From contig JBEWZL010000300.1 of NCBI GenBank assembly GCA_045837725.1, positions 496,001-560,000 of the forward strand: a stretch of 64,000 nt of DNA, written 5' to 3'. This DNA is from Vermamoeba vermiformis (taxonomy: Eukaryota). Shown here in pieces: positions 36,542 through 50,150 of this stretch (position 1 is the first letter of the stretch; each line of letters starts with the position of its first letter). A program made the translations under genes and the position numbers. Under the pieces are notes generated by a model. It ran no database searches and was not told where the DNA came from. It worked only from the letters and a program-made list of their open reading frames with translations.

Positions 36542-39304
36542 ATGGATACAGAAGTAATTGCTAACCAACCTGTCGTCATTGACAATGTAAGCAATTTGCG
36601 TATCAAAAATTCAGCAAAATATTTATGATAGCCAGGATAGCCAATAATGACATTAGTTTCGAAAAATAACGATTTTGAGATTGAATTAAAATTGATCAAC
36701 GGGCAAATTTATTAATTGTTGATTTTAGGGCTCCGGCATTATCAAGGCTGGCTTTGCAGGAGAAGAATATCCAAAAGTTATATTTCCCTCATAGTACGTA
36801 CAGATTTAGACAACGTAGATATTTTTCACCACATCCACGACGAAACCCGAGACAAATAATTCAGTAATTAATTTTAATGTTAAATTATAGTGTCGGACGA
36901 CCAAAACATCTTCAGGTTATGGCTGGTGCCGTTGAAGGAGGCGAATTTGTTGGTCAAAAAGCCGAACAACTTCGTGGCTTATTGAAGTACATACAACCCT
37001 TCTAATTAGTGTCATAAAGGTATTAATATTATATAATAGATTAAGCTATCCTATCGAGCACGGTATTGTTAAAAATTTCTTGGATATGGAGCAACTATGG
37101 AATCACGCGTATCACGAGTTGTCAATCAACCCCGAAGACGTACGTTAATTCACGAACGCGTGCCCAGTAATCTAACTGCATCCAAATAGCACCCTGTGTT
37201 GCTGACAGAACCTCCCTTGAACCCAATCAAAAATAGAGAACAAGCCGCACAAATATTTTTCGAGACATTCAACGTCCCCGCTTTGTTCATTTCTCTGCAG
37301 GCAGTTTTGAGTTTGTACGTGCTAATACTGATCTAGCCTACGCATGATACTAACAATATTTTGCTCAGATACGCCTCTGGCAGAACTACTGGTGTCGTTC
37401 TAGATATCGGTGATGGTGTGACACACGCGGTTCCTATTTACGTACGTGGCTGACTATGTTTACGTCATAATAACATCACGTACAGGAAGGATTTACTATG
37501 CCAAATGCTGTTACGCGAATCGATTTGGCTGGCAGGTAAGGAATTAACAACCTGTAATATCGAGATAACGGAGCTAATAATTGGCGCACAATAGAGACGT
37601 GACTGAACACATGCAATTATTATTGCGAAAGTCTGGATACAACTTTCATACAACAGCAGAGAAAGAGATTGTACGAAACATCAAAGAGAAGACATGCTAC
37701 GTAGCATTCGATCCGCAAAAGGAAGAAGAGTTGTTGGAATCAGAAAAGAGCAGCAAAGCTGTGCAATTCAGTTACAAACTACCCGATGGCAACGTAATTG
37801 AGGTAAGCCCTTTTTTATGGTGATAGCGAATAAGGGAATGAGCTTGTTTTGTCGCTTGGGCAACGGCCGGCTTCCCATTTTTTCAAGCCGACGGAGCATC
37901 AAGCACCTATGGCCGAGTTGGTCTAAGGCGTTAGACTCAAGTTCTAATGGGGGTAACTCCGCGTGGGTTCGAATCCCACTGGGTGCAAGCAATTAATTTT
38001 TTTTTGCCTTCGCTCGCTCTGTTTTGTTGTTCTTGCTACTCGCGCTGGGTGCAAACACGACGAATTTTATTTTTTTTTTTGTCCTCGAGCGCTGTTTTTT
38101 CTTCTTGCGAATAATAGTATAGTTCTTGTAACCGTGACATTTTTTGTTGCAACAAGGTGCGCGAAGTAATTTTTTCTTCGCACGCGACAGGGTTGCAGTA
38201 ATTTTGTTCCCTCCATCCTGGCGGCGGATGACGGGAGCGGCACTGGTCCGTCAACAAGACAGCATGTCCGAGTGGTCTAAGGAGGATGACTAGAAATCAT
38301 CTGGGCTTGCCCGCGCAGGTTCAAATCCTGCTGCTGTCGATTACCTTTTTGCCCGTGCCTTAATCTGTTGAAAATCTTTTGTGTGGCGATCAGCGCTTCT
38401 TCGCTTGATGCACCATGAGACTACTTCGGGCCCGAATTTTTTTTTTCTAGCAAGTGGTTACCCACCAAGTATATTTGAAACCAACTCCAACTCCTATGCC
38501 AGCTGGCCGAACGCCGTTAGGAACTTCTTCGCTCGGGCCCAATTCAATTTTTTATTCGTGGTCTGTAGTTACCTGGTCACGTGCTCCAGCCAATCAACCA
38601 ACGGGTTCGTGGTGCACTTGGTAGCACGTCCGCTTAGCATGCGGGAGGTACGGGGATCGAAACCCTGCGAATCCAATTTCTTTTTTTTTTGTTTTTTGCC
38701 TCCTTGTTCGCCTTTTATGAGCTTAGTTCTTGGGTGCTGCAACAACAGTTAGGAACTCGTTTAGCTGATTGTTCTTTTTACGTGCACGATCAATTAACAT
38801 TTTTTTTTAGATCGGTCCCGAGCGTTTCAGAGCCCCCGAAATCCTGTTCCAACCCGATATTATCGGCGAAGAATATCCTGGTATTCACGAATGCCTCGTT
38901 AACTCGATTCAAAAGTGTGACATTGACATGCGAAAAACTCTGTATGGTAACATTTTGTTATCTGGAGGTTCAACCTTGTTCCCTGGTACGTTAGGAAACA
39001 AACCGCTCGCGCATTATTTTATTAACGTTGTATTTGAAAGGGTTTGGTGATCGGTTGTTGAAGGAGGTCAAAGGACTGTCACCAAAAGACACAAAGATAA
39101 AAATCTATGCACCTCCCGAGCGTAAATACAGTACCTGGATGGGTGGCTCTATTCTCGCTGCTTTGGCAACATTCAAAAAGATGTGGATCTCGCAGTAAGT
39201 ATCCAAAGATCCAAATTCAATGTGCGGTTGAGTAATCCTCCTTTCTTAGCGCGGAATACAAAGAAGATGGCTTCTCGGCAATTCACAGAAAGACTCTTTT
39301 CTAA
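36542..39304 (+). CDS. ARP1: Actin-related protein 1 (centractin, dynactin filament)
   Basis: [88 protein letters not shown]-terminal AIHRKTLF*: centractin-type rather than actin-type residues. Confidence 0.92.
37903..37987 (+). tRNA. tRNA-Leu (CAA)
   Basis: GCACCTA...TGGGTGCA acceptor stem; anticodon arm TTAGA-CTCAAGT-TCTAA; long variable arm; GTTCGAATC; downstream T-tract. Confidence 0.96.
38258..38339 (+). tRNA. tRNA-Ser (AGA)
   Basis: GACAGCA...TGCTGTCG (G73); anticodon arm GATGA-CTAGAAA-TCATC; variable arm GGGC-TT-GCCC; GTTCAAATC. Confidence 0.96.
38603..38675 (+). tRNA. tRNA-Ala (AGC), identical to the copy at 3010-3082
   Basis: Same 73-nt sequence as the minus-strand copy; a long T-tract follows. 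Confidence 0.96.
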
Positions 39305-39404
39305 GCTGTAAATGTACCTTTCTCGTCATCAATACAAACATCCTTCAAACGAAACAGGCGTGCTCGTGATGCTGTTTTGTATTTACATCGCTATTGTTTA
39401 TTTA

Positions 39405-40138
39405 TTACAACAAATGAGCGTCGCTCGCAACTTTCGCTGCAAACCAACGATCTTTATCAAGCCGAACGAGCTTGGTCAATGCACAGTACGGTACTTCCAT
39501 AACGACCGCTTTCGAGTCATACATTTCAGTTAAGATCTGAACACCGTAGCCATGCGTAACGAGAAGCATATGATCGTTTTCGTATAGATTGTGTAACTCT
39601 TTAGCTGTCGAAACATATTTGGCTTCTAATTCGCTAACGGTTTCAGGATATGTCAACTTGTCTTGGAAGAAAGACCGGTACTCGAGATCCAAGTGTGGGT
39701 AAGTATCCACATCAAAGGTTGCGTGATCGAAGCTCGGTAACTCATTAAACCATGCAGCTTTAAGCCACTCTGATAATCCGTATTCGATCTTGATCGGAAT
39801 CCGCAATCGTTTTGCGATCTCGTTGGCGGTTTGCATGCACCGTAAAAACGGCGACGAAAAAACGTGATTAAGGTTGGTTCCCGTGGATAAAATGTATTCT
39901 GCAGTCTGTTGGGCTTGTTTGATACCTAATCCAGAAAATTAATTAAAATTGAATAGTTACACCTTGTAATACCGGTAATAGCTGTTTGACGTTATTCATT
40001 CGTACCTTTTTCAGTTAATGGCGGGTCGAATGGCCTCGCTGCGGTCTTTAACCAATTTTGATCGACTAAATCCGAGCGCTCTCCGTGTCTAAGCAGCCAT
40101 AAAGTCTGCGAATTAATCTTGCTACTACTTGTGGTCAT
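39405..40138 (-). CDS. Histidine phosphatase (phosphoglycerate mutase-like) family protein
   Basis: LWLLRHGERSD, DPPLTEK|GIKQA, VFSSPFLRCMQTA, EYGLSEW, LLVTHG; one intron. Confidence 0.9.
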
Positions 40139-41098
40139 AGCGCAAGCATGTTTCTATTATGATTGGGGTTGCGTTGTGTTTGACTGCTCGTTGAAAAGTT
40201 ACATTATGCAACGCTAGCGCTAGAATAACAACACGTCTCTTCTTCGTACACTAATTAACATAATCTAGTCTAGAATGTGTATATTATTGGTATAATTATG
40301 GTTCGGACGACAGAAAGAGAAGGGGAGCTAATTACGATACGTGTCCAAACTTCTATTGAAAGGTAATTTTAAATTATTCTAATACGCCTCCAAACGGTGT
40401 CTTTAACCGCGATATTATTTAACGTATACTTGTACGTTTTTTAGGTTGGCAACTATAATTTTGGAGAAAACTAATCCGACGTGGCCAAATCCAAGTTATG
40501 GTTTGCGGTTAGTAAGTCGTCAATCAATTCGTCAATCGGTGCTCTCGATTTATAATCTCCGTTAAATTGGAAGCATTCAATTGGGTGACTATTCTGACAT
40601 GTTGCCATTCACAGCCTTTTTTTGCACCTCGCATCATCTCCAATTCTTTTTTTTGTGATTTTTTCAAACTTTTGTTCACGTTTCGCTTTTTTCCCGAGAC
40701 AATACCGTATACTGATAACGTGACTCGACTTAACTACATTGATGCTTTCTTGCGGAACCTCCACTTTTGAAATCGGATTTCATATTTTCTACTGACTTGC
40801 CTTTTATAGAAGCTACCCCCGACAAATCTTCGGAGACGAGCCTTGTCACGTCATTCTACTAACCGGGAGAATAGGAACGTACGCTGCATTGTGCTGTGGA
40901 TTAAAGGTACTCCGTAAAACTAAATCATCAATTCGCAACTTTACCTCGTTAACGAATTAACGCGTAGTCCGCACGTGTTTCCGATTTTTGAATCAACGGA
41001 CCGCCAAATAAATTGGGACGTGGGAATGGTCTTCATTTCATTCACGCCGAGGCGATAACAACACCACACGTCTCGCGGACCAAGCAAAAGACATAACC

Positions 41099-44000
41099 AT
41101 GCAAAAGGTACGTGCTATTGCATTGATGCAATTCTTTGACTACGGTTATTAACCGATGATTCATTTCTTTAGCTAGCCATTTTATTATTCTTGGGTTTGA
41201 TTTCCCTTAATTGTTTTGCCTTGGCCCGCACATCCGACACCTCGGGTAAGCAATTATATAAATTCTAACATACGTCATCCCATTTACTCATATTAACGTC
41301 ATTTGTCATCCAAAGAACCAATCCCAGACGTGCCTCAAAGCGTTCCGATCGCGGAACCAGTTGATCCTTCTACTCTCCCGACCAATGAACCCGTAGCCCC
41401 TCAAGGCAATACCCCTGACCAATCTCCTGTGCCCGATACAACAACGGGTGGCGAGACAACCGTTCCGGTTAGTGAATCTCCAACGAGTATCCCATCCGAT
41501 CAACCTACCGGCGTTCCTGTTAGCGAGACCGGTGGCGATTCAACTATTCCTCAGGGCGAGGCTACTCCTGTGGTTGATTCAACTGCACCAACTAGCCAAG
41601 AGACTATCCCTCAAGGCGACGCTGCTCCTGTTGCAGACTCGACTGCTCCTCTTGCCGACTCAACTGTGCCCACTGGTGTAGAGACTGGTACTCCTCAGGG
41701 CGAAGCTACAACCCCGAGTGACCCGGTACCAACTGGTGACGGGTCAACCACTCCTCAGGAGGCTTCATCGCCGGTCGCATCTACTACCCCGGAGACTTCC
41801 GCTCCTACTGGTGGTGAGTCAAGCACTCCTCAAGGCGACGCTGCCCCTCTTGCCGACTCAACTGTACCCACTGGTGACACGACCACTCCTCAGGGTGAAA
41901 CTACAACCCCGACCGTAGAAACTACTCCTCAAAGCGACGCTGCTCCTGTTGCTGACTCAACTGTACCTACTGGTGGCGAGACCGCTCCTCAGGGTGATGC
42001 CACACCTCTTGCTGATACCCCTCAAGGCGATGCTGCTCCTGTTGCAGACTCGACTGCACCTACTGGTAACGAAGGTACACCAACTGGTGACACGACTACA
42101 CCTCAGAGCGAAACTACTCCTGTTGCAGACACAACTGCACCAACTGGTACTGAGACCACTCCTCAAGGTGATGCTTCTCCTGTTGCAGACTCAACTGCAC
42201 CTACCGGTGATGAGGCTCCTCAAGGCACCACTGCACCTCTTGCAGACTCAACTGCTCCAACTAGTGACACAACCACTCCTCAGGGCGAAGCTACTCCTGT
42301 TACAGACTCTACTGCTCCAACTGGTGATGCTGCTCCTCTTGTGGACACAACTGCACCAACTGGTGGCGAGACTACCCCTCAAGGTGATGCTACTCCTGTT
42401 GCAGACTCGACTGCACCTACTGGTGATACGACCACACCTCAGAGCGAAACTGCTCCTGTTGCTGACACAACTGCACCAACTGGTGGCGAGACTGCTCCTC
42501 AAGGTGATGCCACACCTCTTGCTGATACCCCTCAAGGCGACGCTGCTCCTGTTGCCGACTCGACTGTACTGGTAATGAGGCTACTCCTCAAAGCGACGCT
42601 GCACCTCTTGCAGACTCAACTGCCCCAACCAGTGATGAGGCCACTCCTCAGGGTGAAACTGCTCCTGTTGCTGACTCGACTGCACCTACTGGTGATGCAA
42701 CCACACCTCAGAGTGAAATTACTCCTGTTGCTGACACAACTGCACCAACTGGTGACGAGACTACTCCTCAAGGTGACGCTGCTCCTGTTGCAGACTCAAC
42801 TGCACCAACTAGTGGCGAGACCACTCCTCAGGGCGAAGCTACTCCTGTTACAGACTCTATTGCTCCTACCGGTGATGCTGCTCCTGTTGCTGACACAACT
42901 GCACCAACTGGTGGCGAGACTACTCCTCAAGGTGATGCCACACCTCTTGCTGATACCCCTCAAGGTGACGCTGCTCCTCTTGCCGACTCAACTGCACCCA
43001 CTGGTGACAATACCACTCCTCAGGGTGAAGCTACTCCTCAAAGTGATGTTGCCCCTCTTGCTGACTCGACTGCTCCCACTGGTGGCGAGACTACTCCTCA
43101 AGGTGATGCACCTCTTGCTGACTCAACTGCTCCTCAAAGCGACGCTGCACCTCTTGCAGACACTGCTCCTGCTGGTGATTCCTCTCCTCAAAGCGAGGCC
43201 CCAACTGGTGACACTACAACTCCTGTTGGCGATGAAACCAATTCCCCTGTTGACTCTAGCACTCCTGTTGGCGACTCCACTCCTGTTGGTGATAGCAATC
43301 CTCCTCTTGTGGAGAACACTCCTCTCGCTGACGATAACTCTACTGCTCCACTTGGAGACAGTTCTCCCGTTGGTGACAATTCTCCTGTCGATAGTGCTCC
43401 AGTTGGTGATAACAACCCACCAGTTGACACTCCTCTTGCTGAGAATGATAATGCTACTGTTCCTGTTGGTGAAAGCGCCCCTATTGCCGACAGTGCTCCA
43501 GTCGGAACACCCTTCTTGAGTGATGAAACCAACCCTCCTGTCGATGCACCTTTAGCTGATGATACCAACACCACTGCTCCTGTTGGTGACAACAACCCAC
43601 CAGTTGATGCACCTTTGGCCGACGATACCAACTCCACCGCTCCAGTTGGCAATGAAACCAACCCTCCTGTTGATGCTCCTCTCACTGATGACACCAACAC
43701 CACTGCTCCCATTGGTGACAATGCTCCAGTCGATGCTCCTCTTGCTGATAATAATCCCTACCCCATTGTTCTTTTTGTCCCGCCGGACAATGCTACTGCT
43801 CCAGTTGGCGACAGCAATCCTCCAGTTGATGCACCTTTGGCTGATGACACCAACACCACCGCTCCCATTGGCGACAATACTCCTTCAGTTGATGCACCTC
43901 TTGCTGGCGATGACAACAGCACTACACCTATTGGTGATACCAACCCTCCAGTTGAGGCACCTCTTGCTGATAACGATAACAGTACTGCTCCTTTGGCTGA

Positions 44001-46689
44001 CTCCACTCCAGTTGATGCACCTTTGGCCGAAGACACGAACACTACAACCCCAGTTGGTGACAGCAACCCACCAGTGGATGCTCCTTTGGCTGAAGATAAC
44101 AATGCCACTACACCAATTAGTGATAGCAATCCTCCAGTTGATGCACCTTTAGCTGATGATACCAACACCACCGCTCCTGTTGGTGACAATACTCCTTCAG
44201 TTGATGCACCTCTTGCTGATAATGATAACACTACTGCTCCTATTGGCGACTCAACACCTGTTGATGCACCTCTGGCCAACAACGACAACAGCACTGCTCC
44301 AGTTGGTGACAACAATCCACCAGTGGAAGCTCCTCTTGCTGATACGACAAACACCACCGCTCCCCTTGGAGATGATAGTAATCCTCCTGTTCAAGAGCCG
44401 ATTGCTGAGCCTGTCACTGAGCCAGTTGCAGCTCCCGTTGACGTTCCTGTGTCCACTCCAGTTGATGTACAAACCCCTGTTGATGTTCCAGTTGCTGCAC
44501 CAGTTGAAGTACAGCCTCCTGTTGAAGAGCCAGTCGCCGCACCTGTCTTTGTAGAGGTGCCTGTTAGTGCTCCTGTTGATGCCCCAGTTGATGTTCCCAT
44601 CAGCACTCCAGTCGATGCCCCAGTTGATGCTCCAGTTGATGCCCCAGTTGATGTTCCTGTTGCAACTCCTGTTGACACACCAGTTAATGTTCCTGTCAGC
44701 ACACCAGTCAACGCCCCTGTTGACGTTCCTGTCAGCACACCGGTTGATGCCCCTGTTGACGCTCCAGTGGCAGCTCCTGTCAGCACACCAGTCGATGCCC
44801 CTGTTGATGTTCCTGTTGCAACTCCTGTTGACATCCCCGTGTCAGTTCCTCTCTCTGCCCCTGTTGACACTCCAGTTGACGCTCCTGTTGAAGTTCCTGT
44901 CAGCACTCCAGTTGATACCCCTGTTGATGTTCCTGTTGCAGTTCCTGTCAGCACACCAGTCGATGCCCCTGTTGATGTTCCTGTTGCAACTCCTGTTGAC
45001 ATCCCCGTGTCAGTCCCTGTCTCTGCCCCAGTTACTACTCCAGTTGATGCACCAGTTGATGTTCCTGTTGCAGTTCCTGTCAGCACACCCGTTGCTACCC
45101 CTGTTGATGTTCCTGTTTCGACACCTGTAGATACCCCTGTGTCAGTCCCTGTTGCTGCACCGGTTGACGCTCCAGTCGCTGCACCTGTCTTTGTAGAGGT
45201 GCCTGTTAGTGCTCCTGTTGATACACCAGTTGATGTTCCTGTCAGCACTCCTGTCACTACCCCTGTCGCTGTTCCTGTCTCAGTCCCTGTCAGCACTCCT
45301 GTTGCAGTCCCTGTTGCATCACCTGTGGCCACTCCTGTCGCAGCCCCAGTCAAGGCTCCCACTGCTGCTCCCATCGCAGCTCCTGTCGCCGCTCCAGTCA
45401 AGGCACCAGTCTCTGCTCCTGTTACTGCCCCGACACCTGTTGCTGCCACTCCTGTCTTCGTTCCTCCAGCTCCTCAGTGTGGCAACAACATTGTTGAAAA
45501 TGGTGAACAATGTGATGGTGGCTCAGGATGTGGTGCCAACTGCCAATGTGTCGGCACAGCTCTTCCCACCATGCCATTCAGTCGTGACTGTATCGTCAGT
45601 GCTTGTGGCAACAACAAACTTGACTTTGGTGAGCAATGCGATGGTGGACAGAACTGCACAAGCAACTGCAATTGCGCAGCAGGCTCTGTTCCAACAGTTC
45701 CTCCTTCACCTGCTTGCACTTTGTGCGGCAACGGCAGAGTCGACTCTGGCGAAGATTGCGATGGTGGCAACTTCTGTGTGTCGTGCAAGTGTGCTTCTGG
45801 CTTCCAATCATCTGCTGACGGGTCATGCACACCAATCATTCCTCCCAAGAACGCTCAGGTCGTTCCCATTCTTGAGTGCTTCAAGCCTGCATCGAACGGT
45901 TTCTTCACTGCATTCGTTGGATGGAACAACCTTGACGGCAAGACTCAAACCATTGCTAAAAGTGACATGAACTTCTTCACGCCTGTCACTCCTAACGGTG
46001 GTGACATCACTGAATTCGCCAATGGCCTTCACATCGGCTATCCTTCATCACCCATCGTATTGACGTGGTCAGCAGACACCACAGTGCTCACTTGGAAGTT
46101 GTCTGACTTTGCTCTCGTCATTGACACCACCAACACTGCTGCCCAGTGCCCTGGAGATGTCACGCTCAAGATCTCGCTCTCTGTCGCAACGAACGGAAGT
46201 GCCACTTTGTCTCCTCAACAGCAAGTTGACTTGACATTGAAGTTCGCTGAACTCCTTGGCGTGTCTCCAGCTCGTTTGACTGTCATCATTGACCAAGTTG
46301 TGAGCACCAAGCGAAGCTCTACCTCGTCTTTGTCATTCTTGGTTAAGATCGCTCCTCCTACTAACGACAGCACACCACAACAATCCACCGCTGATGCCGT
46401 GAGCTCATTCCTCACTCGTCTCGACACTGGCGACTCGTTCTTGAAGGACGCTGTTGAAGCGACTGTTCCTACTCTTAGCGTTCAATCAGCTTCGGCCACA
46501 CCTCAACCCTTGCCCACCATTCAAACAGCCAAGACTGGCGTTACTGTGCCTGTTCCTCCTTCAGTCGCCACACCAACAAAGGAACCTATCGAAGCAGGCT
46601 CACGACCTCCTCGTGATTCGGTTTCAAGCTCATCGGTGCTTACTCCTTTGAGCGCGATTACAATTTTTGCTTTGTATATTCTTTTCTAA
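41099..46689 (+). CDS. Very large mucin-like surface glycoprotein with Cys-rich (CGNG..E.GEQCD) repeats and a GPI-type tail; frameshift near 42570
   Basis: MQK|LAIFIILGLISLNCFALA signal peptide; P/T/D-rich repeat stalk of about 1400 aa; three CGN..(V/L)(E/D).GE.CDGG repeats; globular VVPILEC...TAFVGWNN domain; SSSS plus hydrophobic end. Repeat sense moves from frame 2 to frame 1 near 42570, so this may be a pseudogene or an assembly error. Confidence 0.8.
41480..45460 (+). repeat. Successive coding tandem-repeat blocks (TPQGDAAPVADSTAPTG; PPVDAPLADDTNTTAPVGD; PVxx tetrapeptides)
   Basis: Directly visible degenerate repeats; the middle block is dense in NxT/S sequons; the last block has a 12-nt period. 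Confidence 0.9.
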
Positions 46690-49600
46690 ACAAAATAAAC
46701 CGATAATACGTGTTTAGATTAAACTTCGTCTCGTTGCTTAATTGCTGCGTACTAAATAACTTCGTCTTCGGACGAGACGTTTTATTAAGACCCAACGACG
46801 GGTACTGCACAAAAATATTCGCGTCCGTAACCTGGGCCAGCTGGCGGAGCGGAGGCTCGGCACATTTTGATAGCGTCTGCAAAATTGAAGGAGTGCGTGC
46901 CGCATGTAATTCGCTAATGCTTGCCAGCTAGCTATTGCGTAAAGAGCAGGCGTTCTTTTAGTCTAGGCGTACATCTGTTAATGCCATTGTAGTGATTTTT
47001 GAGGGTTGCAAACGGCGCAAAAGTGCAGAGTTGGAGCGTTTGTAATGCACGTGTCATAACGATTGTGTACCGGCTGTGACTTTGACGCCTTTTGTTCCAT
47101 TATAAGCGAGTGTAGTTAACAGTGAGGGACCAGTTATGTACCTAATATTGCTATCAGAGATCAACGTAGCCTCGTAACACTTCGTGTCCGACTTACCCGT
47201 GCAACTGGGATCCGGATCGGAGCTGATCTGAGGCCGATGTATTGATTTGAAGGAGCGAAGCATGAGGACAAGTTGCCCTTATCCAACATTAATTACAACT
47301 AATTATGCAGCCAATTCAAAGTACGTACCCTCACGCCATGCTGCGTGTCTGGTTGAAGATCCAACACGCGAGAGACTCATTCGTGGTGCTATTCTAGCGC
47401 TGTCGAACCAATCGTGGGCTCGACGGTCAAGGTCCACATTGAAAATATACTATGCAATTATAGTTACTGTCTTTGTATTCAAATCTAACTGTCGTAGTGT
47501 GTTTTGAACGAATGACTCTCAGGCTGGCTTGAATGGCCAATCCTTTGACGGAGAAAGTGCGTGGCCGGACTGACCGTTGACTGGACGGTTACAGAGCGAC
47601 TGTCGAACCAATCGTCACTGGTCAAGATCCAAGTCGCGAATGAATCCCTTTGATGGTCACTGTCTTTTGTATTCAGATTTCGTGGTAGTAAATTTTGAAT
47701 GAATAGGCTGCGTTGAATGATCTGTAATGTGCACACGGAGTTGATGTTACTCGGGCCAGTTGTTTGCTCGGACTGGCCGTGGAATTGAGTTCGCGCTCAA
47801 CTTGCACGGGATTAATGTGCTCATTTGATAGCGTGGCTGAGCTGAAAGGTGCAGTACCTCCAGTCCTAGTTATTGATTTGTCTTAATGAGCGTGACATAC
47901 ATCCAGGATCAAATCTAGACAAAAATTATTAATAGTTCATGTAATCGTTATTTAAGGCAAAATATTAAAGCGTACTGTTATTACGTATATTTATGTGTTG
48001 GATTTTAGGTATTGACTTACCGGCTAAACTGGGCAAAGTGCTACGGTCCCTCGATCGGATCCGCTCATTGATACTCAGCGTTATTACTGTAAATTGTTTC
48101 GTTGATATTAAATTATGACTCTTGCGAACAAATACTAGGCACTGGATATCGTATAATATTCAATAATATTGTATGTTCTGTTGAAACTTTGATGAGCGAA
48201 ATTCGCGACAAAACGTTTAATTTAAGAAAATAATTTAATTAGTGCACAAGTATATCTTAATAACATAGTATAATTCGTGTTAATTCGAGGATAAACGTCG
48301 ACCTAATTAACTAAAAATTTTCAGTAATTTAATTATTCATCATTCGATCCAAATAATGTAATAACCGGTCATCTGTGTAATATACCTTGTTACAATATTA
48401 ATATGGCTAAGTCTTAAATTAGACGTGGCTAAGTTAATCTGTTACGGTAAAATCATCCGCCGTGCAACCATACACGGTGATTTCAGATAACTAATGGAGC
48501 TGTTTTTATGATATACAGTGTTCATTCAAGGATAAATATAATTTTGTTTCGCTCTTGTGGTCGCCAGTAAAAGTGCGGGTAAAGAGAGCAGATGGACCTC
48601 CAAAATTTTTCTTTCTCTTCCGTGCGATTTTGTGTTCGTCCTTACAACATGAAAGTATCTATAATTTACAGTCTAACAGATGATCTTTTTAGATAAGCGA
48701 AGAAAGGTAACGGTAAGAGTGATCTGCCCTTATCTTGTAAGTTAAAAATTTTAATCTAACAACGACTTGTAGAGAATTAAATGGTCAAATTATCAATGCC
48801 TCTTTATGCGAGACAAGGGTCGCTACAGGTTTTGCCAAACAAACCCTGATTATCAAATTTATTGACGGGTCTTTGATGTGGGGATTTGTATGCAATACTA
48901 GAGTGGTATTGTTGACTTACATGATTATATTATATAGCATTGAGTGCTATGAGGATCGTTCAACGTTGACCGGAATTATCAAGCGTCCCAGATCGATTTT
49001 TGTCAGCAATAATTATTCGCAAGCAATCTATCATACACAAGCGTATTGCAATTTCAGATGTAGATTTTGCGGAATTGGATGCGATAACGCTGTATTAAGC
49101 CGTCATGGTGGTTAATTAGCAAATTGTTGCGCTGATCGGTAAGTGAAAACAATCAAATAATATTAATAAATTGATTATTAATACTGCAATGCAATTACTA
49201 TCGGCAAAAAAGAATTGCCCATGCGCCAACAAATTAAATAGAGAAAATTCTGGGTTTGTTCTTGATTTTTCCTTCGGCAATACGGCAGACGCTTTAGCCC
49301 AGATCTAACGCCACAAATTTGAGCGTTATCCATTCCTTCGGGTCTCTCGAACGTAAATAGACTATTGGCTAAATTTTTAAAACTAGTTTGAACTGGATGC
49401 GTTTGTTTTATTTTGCCGATTTTGATATGAACTTACATTATTTGATAGGCAGTCCAACAGTGCTCAATGGCTATTGAAATGGGCGCAATGCTTTGAAACC
49501 AAAGGTATAAACTTCCCAACGAGCAATTCTTTTTTTGTGTTTATCAATAGGCGCAACTCTCTTTTCCTCAAAATTCAACGCGCTAGCGCCCTTATATCGA

Positions 49601-50150
49601 GTACCATTAGATTTATTTTATGACCGGAACTATTCGCTGACCGATGACAACGCTAATATCGATTTCGTATTTCCTTATAAGTACATTTTCCGCTTGCCAG
49701 CTTTTGTGAATCTTCCTTCGCAAGATCTGGACTGACACCAAAATAACACATAGTATACGCATACAATAGTATTCGTGATAGCCATATCTCCATAAGTATA
49801 ACTTGATTTCTTTTGATAAATATTTCCCTGGCAAAAAAACGGAACGCGTGCGGTTGGTGTGATCCGAAACGTGTTTTGGAAAGGCGAATCTTTTATTTTC
49901 TAATCGTAGAATAATATATTTAGTACTCGTTCTTTATCATCAGCGAGTATACGGAAGAATTACATGTCACCAACTTACGCTTTTCAATTTTAGACTTACG
50001 TTCTGGATCTGTCATTCATCATTGGAGGTAATGCGGGGTTTGCCCGCTTCCGAAAAAAAACATAAAACGGCGGTCGGAAAGTGGTTGGTTTTATTCGCTT
50101 TCATAACAGTAGACGAGCACCACGCAACCTACTACTAGTCTTACCAAACC

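Noticed and set aside
36542-39304. Conventional actin
   Set aside because: Diagnostic segments ([26 protein letters not shown]) match Arp1/centractin.
42570-43519. Leucine-rich C-terminal half of ORF 41303-43519 as a real hydrophobic protein
   Set aside because: It is the out-of-frame reading of the P/T repeats after the 4-nt deletion.
43188-45449. Long antisense ORFs (TG-rich, GAST repeats), also 51097-52532 and 17989-18378
   Set aside because: They are shadow frames of low-complexity coding repeats that happen to lack stop codons.
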